DNA of 64,000 bases. Source: an uncultured Flavobacteriales bacterium (GTDB lineage: Bacteria; Bacteroidota; Bacteroidia; CAIKAF01). The translations under genes were made by a program, and so were the position numbers. The stretch is taken from positions 7,553 to 71,552 of the forward strand of contig CAIKAF010000030.1 of the NCBI GenBank assembly GCA_903825395.1, given 5' to 3'. Each line of letters begins with the position of its first letter. The stretch's first letter is position 1. The notes beneath the pieces were generated by a model that saw nothing but the letters and a program-made list of their open reading frames with translations, had not been told where the DNA came from and made no database searches. Shown here in pieces: positions 1 through 9,114 of this stretch.

Positions 1-3000
1 CAACCCTGTAGCATTTTTCCATGCACCCAAGTTGGCATATCCCAAATTGCCCATGGCTCCAATGAAAGGACCCGGGGTGTACAGGTTGTTGTAGTTGGAC
101 AATCCAACAAACAAGGCATTGTTGCTGATGTAAGGGATACCCTGAACCCGACAAGCCAAATTGTTGTTGCGGGAGCGAACATTGCTACCTGCATTCACAA
201 ATAAGCCGCCACTGAACTGGTCGCCATCACGTACAATACAGGTGTTGTGGTCGATGTCGATATTCACCATGTCATCAACCACAATGGCATAAACGGCAGC
301 AACTACGCCGCTGTCTCCAATCATAATTGCATTGTTGTAGATGCGGCTTGGTATGTTGTTTGACCCTGCTCCTTGTGATAAATAAATACCATAGGTAGGC
401 CAGCTTCCTCCGGCTTCAATCACATTTGAGGCCAAGCGCATTCCCGGGCCAGAAAAGTTGGTACGAATACCCATGGAAGTACCTGAGAAGGTGGAATTTC
501 CAATAATGGTATTGCCCTCTACCAACAAACTATCCTGATAGTCAATTTCCATACCCATAAAGGCTTGGCGGGTAAGTACGTTACCGGTGATTTGGGTGCC
601 CAACTCTCCTGCGCCATTCCCGGTGCCTCCTTTGTAGAAGATACCATACGATCCACCTTCAATTCGGTTGTTTGAAATGGTGTTGTAGTTGTCTCCGCCG
701 CTACCAATATCAGAAACCACGGCAGCCACCAAATTGCTAGTGGATAGGCCAACCGTATCTCCAACAATATAACAACGAGTAAGTGTATTGTGGGTTGCCC
801 GATTTCTAAAATCAACCACCCGGCCTACAGAACCACCGCTTTCAGAAATTGTAAGAGCCTCTAGGGTAACATAATCAACCCCATTAAAGCGAACGGTGTA
901 GTTCAAATTGGTAAGCGTAGAAGTAAAATCAATTTGAACAGCAGACGAATCGTTGGCCTGAGAACGGTAGGTTACGGTATTCACAGACGATGCACCAGGA
1001 ATCTCTGTCATTTCAACTTGTTCATTGTACAATCCGCTCACCGCTTCTACCAATACAGCACTGCAAATACCTCTAGCCTCTAGAGTATCGGCAGCTTCAC
1101 TGAACGAAACGAAGTTGGTTCCACCGGAAGGCAAAGAGGGATCGATGGTAAAGTTGCCAATTAATCCTTCAAACACACTCACATCAACCGAGTCGTTCGT
1201 GGTATTTTGATCGGCCACGCCATTGGGCAAAGTAGTCCAAGCTTCAATTTGATAGGTCTGACCTGTATTGAAGTTGAAGTTGCCTAAGGTTACTTGAGTC
1301 GTACCTCCAATTTGCAGGTTCAATCCAGTAACTGAAACGGGGGTTTGAACTGCTCCGTTTACACTCCAGTTCACATCTACAGAAGTCAGGTTGTTTAACC
1401 CATTGTTGCGAACAAGTGCTTCTACCGACTGACTTCCTGCACAGAAGAATGAACTTGGATTAACCATAGTGGTCACTCCTGCATCATCATTGAATATGGT
1501 GAATTCAATTGCCCCTGGATCAGGGGTATTGGTCCGGGCAATTCCGTTATAATCGATAGGAACTGTTGCCAATACATCCGTCCCAATGTTTTCAAGAGAT
1601 AGGGCTGTTGGCTTAAAGTTGCCGTTGGCCGCATCCAAAAACAAAGGATCTGTGCTCACAGAATTCTGGTCGCGGCTAGAGGCGTTCACAAAATCCAGAA
1701 GGGTTGGTGTTGCGGTCCCAAAATAACCAAAGTAAGGCACCCCATCGGTAGCATTCACAAATATGTCGTTGTAATCAGATGAGTCCAATGCTGTGGAAGA
1801 ACTATTGTAGAAACCATACTTTGTTCCTGTACCCGTCCGGCTAACTTGAACAATGTTGTTCAGAAAATCCGAGCCGGTTCCTGTGCCTGTAGCAAAAACA
1901 CCATAGGTGGTTCCACTTGGACTGGCAGCGTCATCCAATACTGTAGTATTGTGCAAAATCCGATTGTACAAGGCGCTAGACACATAGATACCATACTGCA
2001 ATCCATGGTTGTTGAACGCATGAACCAAGTTGTTTGACACAACCGTTTCCCGCCCTACAGCACCATCACCCAACAAATAAATTCCATACGCAGAATTTGT
2101 AAGGCCTCCCAAATTACCAGAAGGCTGATACACCCGGTTGCCACTAAAGTTGGAACTTAGAATATTTCCGGTCGTGTACAGTCCATAGAACGTGGTAATG
2201 TTGCTGATGTTCTCGCGACCCAATTCATTTCCTACGAAGGTCAATGAATCGGCATTGCTGATGAAAGACATATATAGGTAGTGGTCAACAAAGCGGTTAT
2301 TGGCAATTCGGTTACCAATGTTACCCAAGCCGCCTGTCAATCCGTTCATACGTACTCCATAGTATGGACCTCCGTTGGGGCCACCTTTAAACACACTATT
2401 TTCCACGGCGCAATAGCGAGCAGAAATCCCGCTGGTGCTGGTGCTGGTAGGAGATCCACTAAACAATAAGCCCGTGGATGTAGTTGAACTAGTACCAACA
2501 ATGGCAGACAAATCTGCTGTTACATAGCGTACTGTATCAAATCGGTTATCGCCGGTAAACAGCACTCCAAAACCATAGGTCGGATCTGTACCAATTAAAG
2601 TAAGGCTATCTAAGGTAACATACCTGGCTCCTTCAAATTTCACCAAATGTGGAGCAAGTACGTTCGGAGCGAAAGTCAACACGCCACCTTGACCATGAAT
2701 GTACAAGTAGTTTGTAGCACTGATGCCGGGATAGTTGTTGAAATTCAATTGTTCTGTCAGCGTATCGTTTGGATTCACGAATACATCCACAGGGCCACAA
2801 AGACCACCTTGAAGCAACACCTGTTGCATATCGGCCCAGGTATTGAAGTTGGTGCCGGCGGTAGGCTGAGTTCCATCCAAGGTATAATTCCCCGCTAAAC
2901 CGCCATACAAGGCCGACGTAACCGTATCGTTAATGGTGAATGGATCAGGTACACCATTCGGGTTAAACGAGTATGCTTTAAATGTCAATAAACCAGTTCC

Positions 3001-5535
3001 TGAAAGCGGATAGGTTCCTAAGAACACAGAGCTATCAGCACCCGATGGCAAGTTCATGGCCGTTAATGAAACTGTTCCTTGAGATACACCATTGACACTC
3101 CAAGCCAAATCGATGGAGTTCAAGGTATTGGAACCATTGTTCAGCAAGCGAACGAAAATTGAATCGTTTCCTGGGCAATAATTGGCCCCGGGATTGATAA
3201 ATTGAGGAACGGCCGCCTCATTAGGAGCTCCGGCAAATTCCCAAGCTCCCGGGTCTGGAAGGGCTCCGCGAGTTAGTCCCAAGATATCTGTTGGCACAAA
3301 ACCACCTGTATTCAGTCCCATGTTATTCATTCCAGGCGACTGAGGCTGGAAATCTCCAATGCTTGGATTGGTGTACACAGGATTATACGTATTACTTTGG
3401 GTCTCATACGCATTGCCTGTCGAGGCAACAAAAGCAGCTCTTGTTACGTGCGATGTATTATTGTAAAAACCATAATAGTTGGTACCATTAGACTGAATAA
3501 ACAGGTTGTTGTTGTTCAAGGTATTTACAAAAGCTCCGGAAGTAGAAAAATACATTCCATAGGTCAAACCGGTACTCGATCTAGTAATGGAAACAAGGTT
3601 GTTGGTTACGTCCGTTCCAATCATGCTGCCTACAACATACAAACCATAGGTTGCGCTGGAAGAAGGAGTAGTGGTGGCATCCAATGAAATGGTATTGTGC
3701 ATCACCTTATGATACTCTGGCGATGACATATAAATGCCATATTGAGTACCATTGGTCTTGAAATCGTAAATCACGTTGTTGGCTACCACACTTTCATTGC
3801 CCGCCGGAGCATCACCCAACAGGTAAATTCCATAGGCAATGGAGGTCATGTTGGAAGCGCCTTCTGGTTTAAAAATCCGGTTCCGCTCAATCCGAACCCC
3901 GCCAACAGCTCCGGTATTGTAAATACCATAAAACGTTGTTGTTGATGTTTTTGTAGGTCGGTGGCAGGTGTTATCATATATTTTTAGGCCTGCAATGGAG
4001 GTGGTATAAATGGCGTAGAAATAGGCATCGCGAACGTCATTTCCTTCAATTAATAAGTTGGCTGAGCCATTGGCCGTGGTTCCGGCAGCTGCGATTCCAT
4101 AGTAAGGGCCTCCGGTTGTCGTCCGACCAATAATGGTATTGCCAATAATTGCACAATTCGTGCAATTGTTTCCGGTGGACAATGGAGAGGTTAATGTGGC
4201 CGTTAGGGCAACTCCCACTGAATTGGAGGATGTGGTCGAAGTAACCGAACTGATATCGACAGTACAATTCCGCAACGTATCGTTACTGGAGTTGCCTGTG
4301 TATACTACGCCCCAACCAAAAGTTGCATTCAAAGAGCGAATAGTCAAATTTTCAATAGTAACAAATGAGGCCCCATTGAATCGAACCACAAATCGGTTGG
4401 TGGTATTCGCATTAAAATTAAGAATGCTGTTGTTGCCAAATATATTTATCCGATTGGTTTGGCTAGCGCCGGGAATAGAGTTGAAGGTTACCTGCTCGGT
4501 AAAGGTTCCTCCGCTCATTACGTTCACATCCACCGGTCCACACACCCCAAAGGTACTGAGCGCAGAAGCTAAATCGGCAAAGTTATTGAAGTTTGAGCCT
4601 GATGTGGGCAATGTATTATTAACCGTGTAAACACCTGTTAACGAAGGCACCCAAGACCGCACTACAGTGTCGTTGTTATTTACAGTATCTAATCCACCGT
4701 TGGGAGCACTAGTCCACACCTTCACTGTGGTTGATTGACCTGCAACGAAATTGACTGATCCCAAATTCACAATAGTGGAATACGAACCATTGCCTGTAAT
4801 GGTATCCAGCAATTGGTTAACAGGAATAGGCGGCTGTGTTACACCGTTTAGTTGCCAATTTAGAGTTAAAGAAGATATTTGGTTTGTACCAAAGTTTCCA
4901 ATGGTAGCTGAAATCGTTTGAGGTCCGGGGCAAACCAAGGTGGGATTGATGGACATCGTTGCTGCGTTGTTGAAGCCATTTTGAGCAACTCGGTACCGAA
5001 CTCCTCCATTAAATTGCCGGGGGTGGTTTATCGGGTTGGGGGCACTTCCTCCATATCCAACATTGGTACCGGTTTCAATGCCAACCGTGCCATCGGTGTA
5101 AAACGACTGTCCTCCGCTGTAGGTAGTGTACACGGTGCTAGGCCCACTCACCGCAAACCCAAAGGTTTGGCCCGGATTCATAAACAAGTTTACGGGTATG
5201 GGAATGGGCTGCAAGATCGGGTTGGCCGTGGTTGTGCCAAGGCTCACCAAGTTGGCTGTACCCAAGGATATCCATCCGTTCGCCGGAGTAATGGTCGGAG
5301 CTCCATTGATGGGCACAGGATTGTACCACAACTCAACCACCCCAGAACCATAAAAAGCACACAAAATGGTGTCAATAATTACGGGGGCATTTGATACACT
5401 TACATTAAACGTTACACCGCTTGCGCCATTTCCCCCAGCCAAAGGTGGAACTGTCACAACCGTGTTACCCTGCGCTTGTACATTTCCAGAAAACAAGAGA
5501 ACAAACGCGAAAACGGCAAAAAACAATTTCTTCAT
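1..5535 (-). CDS. Very large secreted surface protein, 5' part only (>=1845 codons, 3' end beyond left window edge); three ~600-aa modules of Ig/CARDB-like domain plus right-handed parallel beta-helix repeats
   Basis: ATG at 5535..5533 gives MKKLFFAVFAFVLLFSGNVQAQ signal peptide. This minus frame stays open to position 1. The track lists no sub-ORFs in this frame, as expected if ORFs without an in-window stop were dropped. Thrice-repeated segment NDT..G.YT....P..GTNF..F......G.CGPVDV......EQ..F...PG, followed by N/G/T-rich beta-helix turns. Confidence 0.8.
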   Translation of the reverse strand, partial: MKKLFFAVFAFVLLFSGNVQAQGNTVVTVPPLAGGNGASGVTFNVSVSNAPVIIDTILCAFYGSGVVELWYNPVPINGAPTITPANGWISLGTANLVSLGTTTANPILQPIPIPVNLFMNPGQTFGFAVSGPSTVYTTYSGGQSFYTDGTVGIETGTNVGYGGSAPNPINHPRQFNGGVRYRVAQNGFNNAATMSINPTLVCPGPQTISATIGNFGTNQISSLTLNWQLNGVTQPPIPVNQLLDTITGNGSYSTIVNLGSVNFVAGQSTTVKVWTSAPNGGLDTVNNNDTVVRSWVPSLTGVYTVNNTLPTSGSNFNNFADLASALSTFGVCGPVDVNVMSGGTFTEQVTFNSIPGASQTNRINIFGNNSILNFNANTTNRFVVRFNGASFVTIENLTIRSLNATFGWGVVYTGNSSNDTLRNCTVDISSVTSTTSSNSVGVALTATLTSPLSTGNNCTNCAIIGNTIIGRTTTGGPYYGIAAAGTTANGSANLLIEGNDVRDAYFYAIYTTSIAGLKIYDNTCHRPTKTSTTTFYGIYNTGAVGGVRIERNRIFKPEGASNMTSIAYGIYLLGDAPAGNESVVANNVIYDFKTNGTQYGIYMSSPEYHKVMHNTISLDATTTPSSSATYGLYVVGSMIGTDVTNNLVSITRSSTGLTYGMYFSTSGAFVNTLNNNNLFIQSNGTNYYGFYNNTSHVTRAAFVASTGNAYETQSNTYNPVYTNPSIGDFQPQSPGMNNMGLNTGGFVPTDILGLTRGALPDPGAWEFAGAPNEAAVPQFINPGANYCPGNDSIFVRLLNNGSNTLNSIDLAWSVNGVSQGTVSLTAMNLPSGADSSVFLGTYPLSGTGLLTFKAYSFNPNGVPDPFTINDTVTSALYGGLAGNYTLDGTQPTAGTNFNTWADMQQVLLQGGLCGPVDVFVNPNDTLTEQLNFNNYPGISATNYLYIHGQGGVLTFAPNVLAPHLVKFEGARYVTLDSLTLIGTDPTYGFGVLFTGDNRFDTVRYVTADLSAIVGTSSTTSTGLLFSGSPTSTSTSGISARYCAVENSVFKGGPNGGPYYGVRMNGLTGGLGNIGNRIANNRFVDHYLYMSFISNADSLTFVGNELGRENISNITTFYGLYTTGNILSSNFSGNRVYQPSGNLGGLTNSAYGIYLLGDGAVGRETVVSNNLVHAFNNHGLQYGIYVSSALYNRILHNTTVLDDAASPSGTTYGVFATGTGTGSDFLNNIVQVSRTGTGTKYGFYNSSSTALDSSDYNDIFVNATDGVPYFGYFGTATPTLLDFVNASSRDQNSVSTDPLFLDAANGNFKPTALSLENIGTDVLATVPIDYNGIARTNTPDPGAIEFTIFNDDAGVTTMVNPSSFFCAGSQSVEALVRNNGLNNLTSVDVNWSVNGAVQTPVSVTGLNLQIGGTTQVTLGNFNFNTGQTYQIEAWTTLPNGVADQNTTNDSVDVSVFEGLIGNFTIDPSLPSGGTNFVSFSEAADTLEARGICSAVLVEAVSGLYNEQVEMTEIPGASSVNTVTYRSQANDSSAVQIDFTSTLTNLNYTVRFNGVDYVTLEALTISESGGSVGRVVDFRNRATHNTLTRCYIVGDTVGLSTSNLVAAVVSDIGSGGDNYNTISNNRIEGGSYGIFYKGGTGNGAGELGTQITGNVLTRQAFMGMEIDYQDSLLVEGNTIIGNSTFSGTSMGIRTNFSGPGMRLASNVIEAGGSWPTYGIYLSQGAGSNNIPSRIYNNAIMIGDSGVVAAVYAIVVDDMVNIDIDHNTCIVRDGDQFSGGLFVNAGSNVRSRNNNLACRVQGIPYISNNALFVGLSNYNNLYTPGPFIGAMGNLGYANLGAWKNATGL

Positions 5536-5907
5536 GATTTGATAATTGGAGGTTAAAGGTACAATTTCTTTAGCATCTGAAAAGACTCTTGTGTATTTTT
5601 CATAGTATTCCAACCACTCTGACTAAAAAGAGTTTAAGTTTGCCTTTTTGGCTCAGGTAAAAGGAAGGTTTGCATTTTGTTTATCCCTCTTGCCCAGTTT
5701 TGACCATATACTTTCGGTGGTCCACCAAACCAAATCCTATATCCAAGATTTCGCTTTGCTGCTTCTGAACTTTGCCTAGAAACCCAATCCCCAAAAAAGC
5801 TTTCACATCCATTCTCAATGTTTTTATGGTTTAACATTTATTTTTAATTTTTATAATTTGATTTCCCACGAGTCACGGTGCACGTGGTTACCTTTATGAT
5901 TCAGCAT

Positions 5908-6363
5908 ATGAGAAAAAAAATCGGGTTTGGCTTATTCCTGTTTGCAGTGCTCTTCATAGGTATTGGCATTTGGCTTTGGAATAAACCACACCGCAATATC
6001 AGCAAAGAGTCAGCGGCTTTTTCAGGAACTTCAGATGAACTGTTTGACCGCATTTCTTCCCTGAACGATTCAGGAAGGTTGGCTCTTATCAATTCAACCG
6101 TTGAACTTCAAGGTGCTGTTCAAGAGTTTAGCAAAACCGACGATTCTACAGCGACAGTCAAGTTGGTCTCCTCAAAAACAGACGTAATTTGCACCTTTAA
6201 TAGTACTGAGGTCAAGCGCATTCCTGCCCTTATGCCCAATCAACCCATTCACATTCGAGGCATTTACACCGGATATGAAGAAGGACTGCCCGGTTTCGAT
6301 ATGCTCCCCACCATTACGTTAAATCGATGTATTTTGTTGGATGCTGCAACCGAGTCCAATTAA
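5908..6363 (+). CDS. Membrane-anchored OB-fold (tRNA_anti-like family) protein
   Basis: MRKKIGFGLFLFAVLFIGIGIWLWNKPHR N-terminal anchor, then KESAAFSGTSDELF...VELQGAV pattern typical of this Bacteroidota family. The 5878 start in the track is probably an upstream extension; a TACCTTTA box lies at 5889-5896. Confidence 0.55.
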   Translation: MRKKIGFGLFLFAVLFIGIGIWLWNKPHRNISKESAAFSGTSDELFDRISSLNDSGRLALINSTVELQGAVQEFSKTDDSTATVKLVSSKTDVICTFNSTEVKRIPALMPNQPIHIRGIYTGYEEGLPGFDMLPTITLNRCILLDAATESN

Positions 6364-6369
6364 CCACCA

Positions 6370-7038
6370 ATGAAAAGCACAACTGCAGCTCTATTGATTT
6401 TCTTGCTGGCCTTTGTTTTTTCAATGGGCTGCAAACATGAACTGCCCGATCCTCCACCTGAAAATTGCGATCCGAATAAGGTTTACTTTTCCAAAGACAT
6501 TGCTCCTCTGCTCCTAAGCAATTGCGCCATGCCCGGCTGCCACGATGCTGCTACTTCAGCTGATGGTGTCAATTTAAGCAGCTACGAGGCCCTGATGAAC
6601 AGCGGTATCATCAATACCAACGCCCCCTTCAATGGAGACTTCTGGGAGGTGCTGACAGAAACCGATCCCGATAAACGCATGCCCCCCTCCGGACCCTTAT
6701 CTCAATCTCAACTCGACTTAATCCAAGATTGGCTCTCTCAAGGTGCTCCAAATTCAATCTGCATCGAAGGCTGCGATACCACCCAATTTACATGGACAGG
6801 TAGCATTCAACCCATCATTCAAACCAAATGCCTGGGCTGTCACAATGCCACTACCCAAAACGGAGGCATCAATTTAAGCAGCTATGTACAGGTTAAAACC
6901 ATCGCCCTGAATGGCTTGTTGTACAACGCAATTACAGGAAGCGCCGGCGTTCAGCAAATGCCCCCGGCCAATCCCCTAAGCGCCTGCGAAAATTCCCAAA
7001 TTCAACAATGGATTCAAGCCGGAGCTCCTGAAAACTAA
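6370..7038 (+). CDS. Lipoprotein with two PSCyt1-like putative c-type haem motifs (CAMPGCH and CLGCH)
   Basis: Lipobox FSMGC. Two internal repeats of the form V/I.P.L...C..GCH...........NLSSY...........MPP.....S...L..I..W...GAP. Confidence 0.55.
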   Translation: MKSTTAALLIFLLAFVFSMGCKHELPDPPPENCDPNKVYFSKDIAPLLLSNCAMPGCHDAATSADGVNLSSYEALMNSGIINTNAPFNGDFWEVLTETDPDKRMPPSGPLSQSQLDLIQDWLSQGAPNSICIEGCDTTQFTWTGSIQPIIQTKCLGCHNATTQNGGINLSSYVQVKTIALNGLLYNAITGSAGVQQMPPANPLSACENSQIQQWIQAGAPEN

Positions 7039-7062
7039 ATACAACTCTTATACCCCAACCCC

Positions 7063-7596
7063 ATGAACAAATTGCTCATTTTTACCCTTGCTTTTGGTGT
7101 TTTTACACAGGCTAGTGCACAAAAATTTATGACCAAAACAGGTCAGGTTTCCTTTTTCTCTGATGCAGCCCTTGAAGATATTTCTGCGGTGAACAAGCAA
7201 GCCTTGGCTGCCGTCGATTTAGCTAAAGCTGAAGTGGCCTTTGTGGTTCAAATTCGCGGATTTGAATTTGAAAAAGCTTTGATGCAAGAACATTTTAATG
7301 AAAATTACATGCACTCGGATAAATTTCCAAGTTCAAAATTCAACGGTACTTTTCAAAAGGCCACAGCCATTACCTGGCCCGGAACGCATGAGGTTGAACT
7401 TGTTGGTAAATTAACCATTCATGGGGTCACTAAAGAGGTACGAGTACCAGCCACTCTGGCTGTTAAAGGAGAAGAAGCTCTATTGAACACCAAATTCAAG
7501 GTTAAACTATCCGATTATGGCATCAAAAACGACAAGGCCAATAGCATCTCTGAAATTATTGAAATCACGGTTAAAACTCCGATGAAAAAATCATGA
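7063..7596 (+). CDS. YceI-like polyisoprenoid/lipid-binding periplasmic protein
   Basis: Signal peptide. The segment KTGQVSFFSDAALEDISAVNKQ...HFNENYMHSDKFPSSKFNG...G.LTIHGVTKEV matches the YceI family pattern. Confidence 0.8.
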   Translation: MNKLLIFTLAFGVFTQASAQKFMTKTGQVSFFSDAALEDISAVNKQALAAVDLAKAEVAFVVQIRGFEFEKALMQEHFNENYMHSDKFPSSKFNGTFQKATAITWPGTHEVELVGKLTIHGVTKEVRVPATLAVKGEEALLNTKFKVKLSDYGIKNDKANSISEIIEITVKTPMKKS

Positions 7597-7967
7597 AAGG
7601 GGGAATCGCCATTGGATTTTTGCTGGTTTTTCTAAGCAGTTGCTATTACGACAAGGCCGAGGAATTGTACCCGCCCGGCAATTGCGACACGTTGACCGTA
7701 GGCTGGAATTCTTCGGTTAAACCTGTGCTTCAAAGCAAGTGCTATGGCTGCCACAACGCGGCCTCGGCCAATGTATCGGGAGCCGGAATCGCGCTAGAGC
7801 CCTATTCCAATCTGCAATCCTACCTAAATTCGAATGCAAATCGGTTTTTGGGTGCCATTGAACACGGTTCCGGTTATTCGCCCATGCCCAAAGGCGGTGG
7901 CAAGCTGTCGGATTGCGAACTCCTTCAAATCAACCAGTGGATTGCCTCTGGCTATCCTGAAAACTAA
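7593..7967 (+). CDS. Small lipoprotein with one PSCyt1-like CxxCH motif (CYGCH)
   Basis: ATGA overlap with the yceI-like gene. Lipobox LSSCYY. Same repeat type as in 6370-7038 (VKPVLQSKCYGCHNA...MPKGG..LS..E...INQWIASGYPEN). Confidence 0.55.
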   Translation: MKGGIAIGFLLVFLSSCYYDKAEELYPPGNCDTLTVGWNSSVKPVLQSKCYGCHNAASANVSGAGIALEPYSNLQSYLNSNANRFLGAIEHGSGYSPMPKGGGKLSDCELLQINQWIASGYPEN

Positions 7968-7972
7968 GCATC

Positions 7973-8860
7973 ATGCGCGCTCTTGCTCTTTTAATATTGA
8001 TGGCTGCTTTTGGGTCGGCCAATGCCCAGGGATTGCTGGATGAGTTGGAAACAGAAGCTCCAAAATCAAAAGAATTCACCATCGCCACCTTCAAAGCTCC
8101 ACGCATAATACAAGGGCACTCGGTCGAAATGCCGGCCAAAGGAGAGCTTTTATTCATCATTCAGCACCGCTTTGGCCGCGTCAATACTGGTTTTTACGAG
8201 CTGTTTGGCTGGGATCAGGCCTCCATCCGAATTGGTTTAGAGTACACCCTTCCCTTCTCCGATCGATTTAACATTGGCTTCGGTCGCAGTTCGTACGGAA
8301 AAACCTGGGATTTTTTCAGCAAAACCAAATTGTTGAAGCAAGCCAAAGGCGGAAGTCCCATCAGCTTAAGTTGGGTGTCAACGCTCGCCATCAATGGGCT
8401 GGATTGGCCAAATCCAAATCAAGAAAATTACTTTACGTCCCGAATGGCGTATACGCACCAGCTGTTGCTGGCCCGCAAATTCAATTCCTGGTTTTCTTTT
8501 CAATTAGCCCCAACCTTGGTGCATAAAAATTTAGTGCCCTTAAGCCAAGACCAGAACAGCTTTTTTGCCTTGGGCATGGGCGGGCGCGTCAAAGTGTCCA
8601 ACCGGGTTTCCATCAACGCCGAATACAGTTGGCTGCTGCCCGGGCAGCAAATTCCGCGCATCAACGGCTTAGAGCCACAAAATGCAATATCGCTGGGGGT
8701 GGACATCGAAACCGGAGGCCATGTTTTCCAGTTGCACATCACCAATACCCAAGCCATGTTCGACGTCGGCAGCATCGCTGAAACCACCGGCCGGCCTGAA
8801 TTGGGCGACATCCACGTGGGCTTCAACATCACCCGCACCTTCTCGTTCAAGCGGCACTAA
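7973..8860 (+). CDS. Putative outer-membrane beta-barrel protein (DUF5777-like)
   Basis: Signal peptide MRALALLILMAAFGSANAQ. Alternating hydrophobic beta-strand pattern with aromatic C-terminal strand NITRTFSF. Family assignment is from memory only. Confidence 0.45.
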   Translation: MRALALLILMAAFGSANAQGLLDELETEAPKSKEFTIATFKAPRIIQGHSVEMPAKGELLFIIQHRFGRVNTGFYELFGWDQASIRIGLEYTLPFSDRFNIGFGRSSYGKTWDFFSKTKLLKQAKGGSPISLSWVSTLAINGLDWPNPNQENYFTSRMAYTHQLLLARKFNSWFSFQLAPTLVHKNLVPLSQDQNSFFALGMGGRVKVSNRVSINAEYSWLLPGQQIPRINGLEPQNAISLGVDIETGGHVFQLHITNTQAMFDVGSIAETTGRPELGDIHVGFNITRTFSFKRH

Positions 8861-8897
8861 AAGCCAGTCTGCTGAATTTCAATGATGTATTGTTGAA

Positions 8898-9050
8898 TTG
8901 GGGCGGCTAATCCGGCTATCGCGGGCAGTACGCAGTCGCCGGCACCGGCTGCAGTGGGCTGCCACGAGCTCCCAAGGTCGCTGTGGCAGTCCACGCAGCC
9001 CGTGCCGCCGCCTTTGCGCGCTGCCCTGCTCTATCCGGGCCGCAATGCCC
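8898..9050 (+). repeat. Family-A GC-rich long-hairpin element, copy A1 (subfamily I)
   Basis: ggcaccggctgc (8941-8952) pairs with gcagcccgtgcc (8995-9006). agtgggctgccac (8953-8965) pairs with gtggcagtccac (8983-8994). Loop gagctcccaaggtcgct. Termini gggcggctaatccggctatcgc / ctatccgggccgc are shared with A6 and A7. Confidence 0.85.
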
Positions 9051-9114
9051 TCAGACCCAATTGTCTTTTGAAATGGAATCTTTTGTACCTTCCAATCACC
9101 AAATCTACCAACCC

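Noticed and set aside
4133-5394. Plus-strand ORFs of 165 and 158 aa (4133-4630, 4918-5394) and other short ORFs between 519 and 5394
   Set aside because: They lie antisense or out of frame within the uninterrupted 1845-codon minus-strand gene, which has a clear signal peptide and modular repeats.
5634-5837. 67-aa minus-strand ORF between the giant gene and the OB-fold gene
   Set aside because: It has no recognisable motif and lies in the divergent promoter region. It cannot be supported or excluded from sequence alone, so it is not listed as a feature.
8983-9114. N-terminal 44-residue extension of the 455-aa membrane protein ORF
   Set aside because: The extension is encoded entirely by repeat copy A1 (MAVHAARAAAFARCPALSGPQCPQ...). 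The ATG at 9115 is followed by a normal N-terminus.
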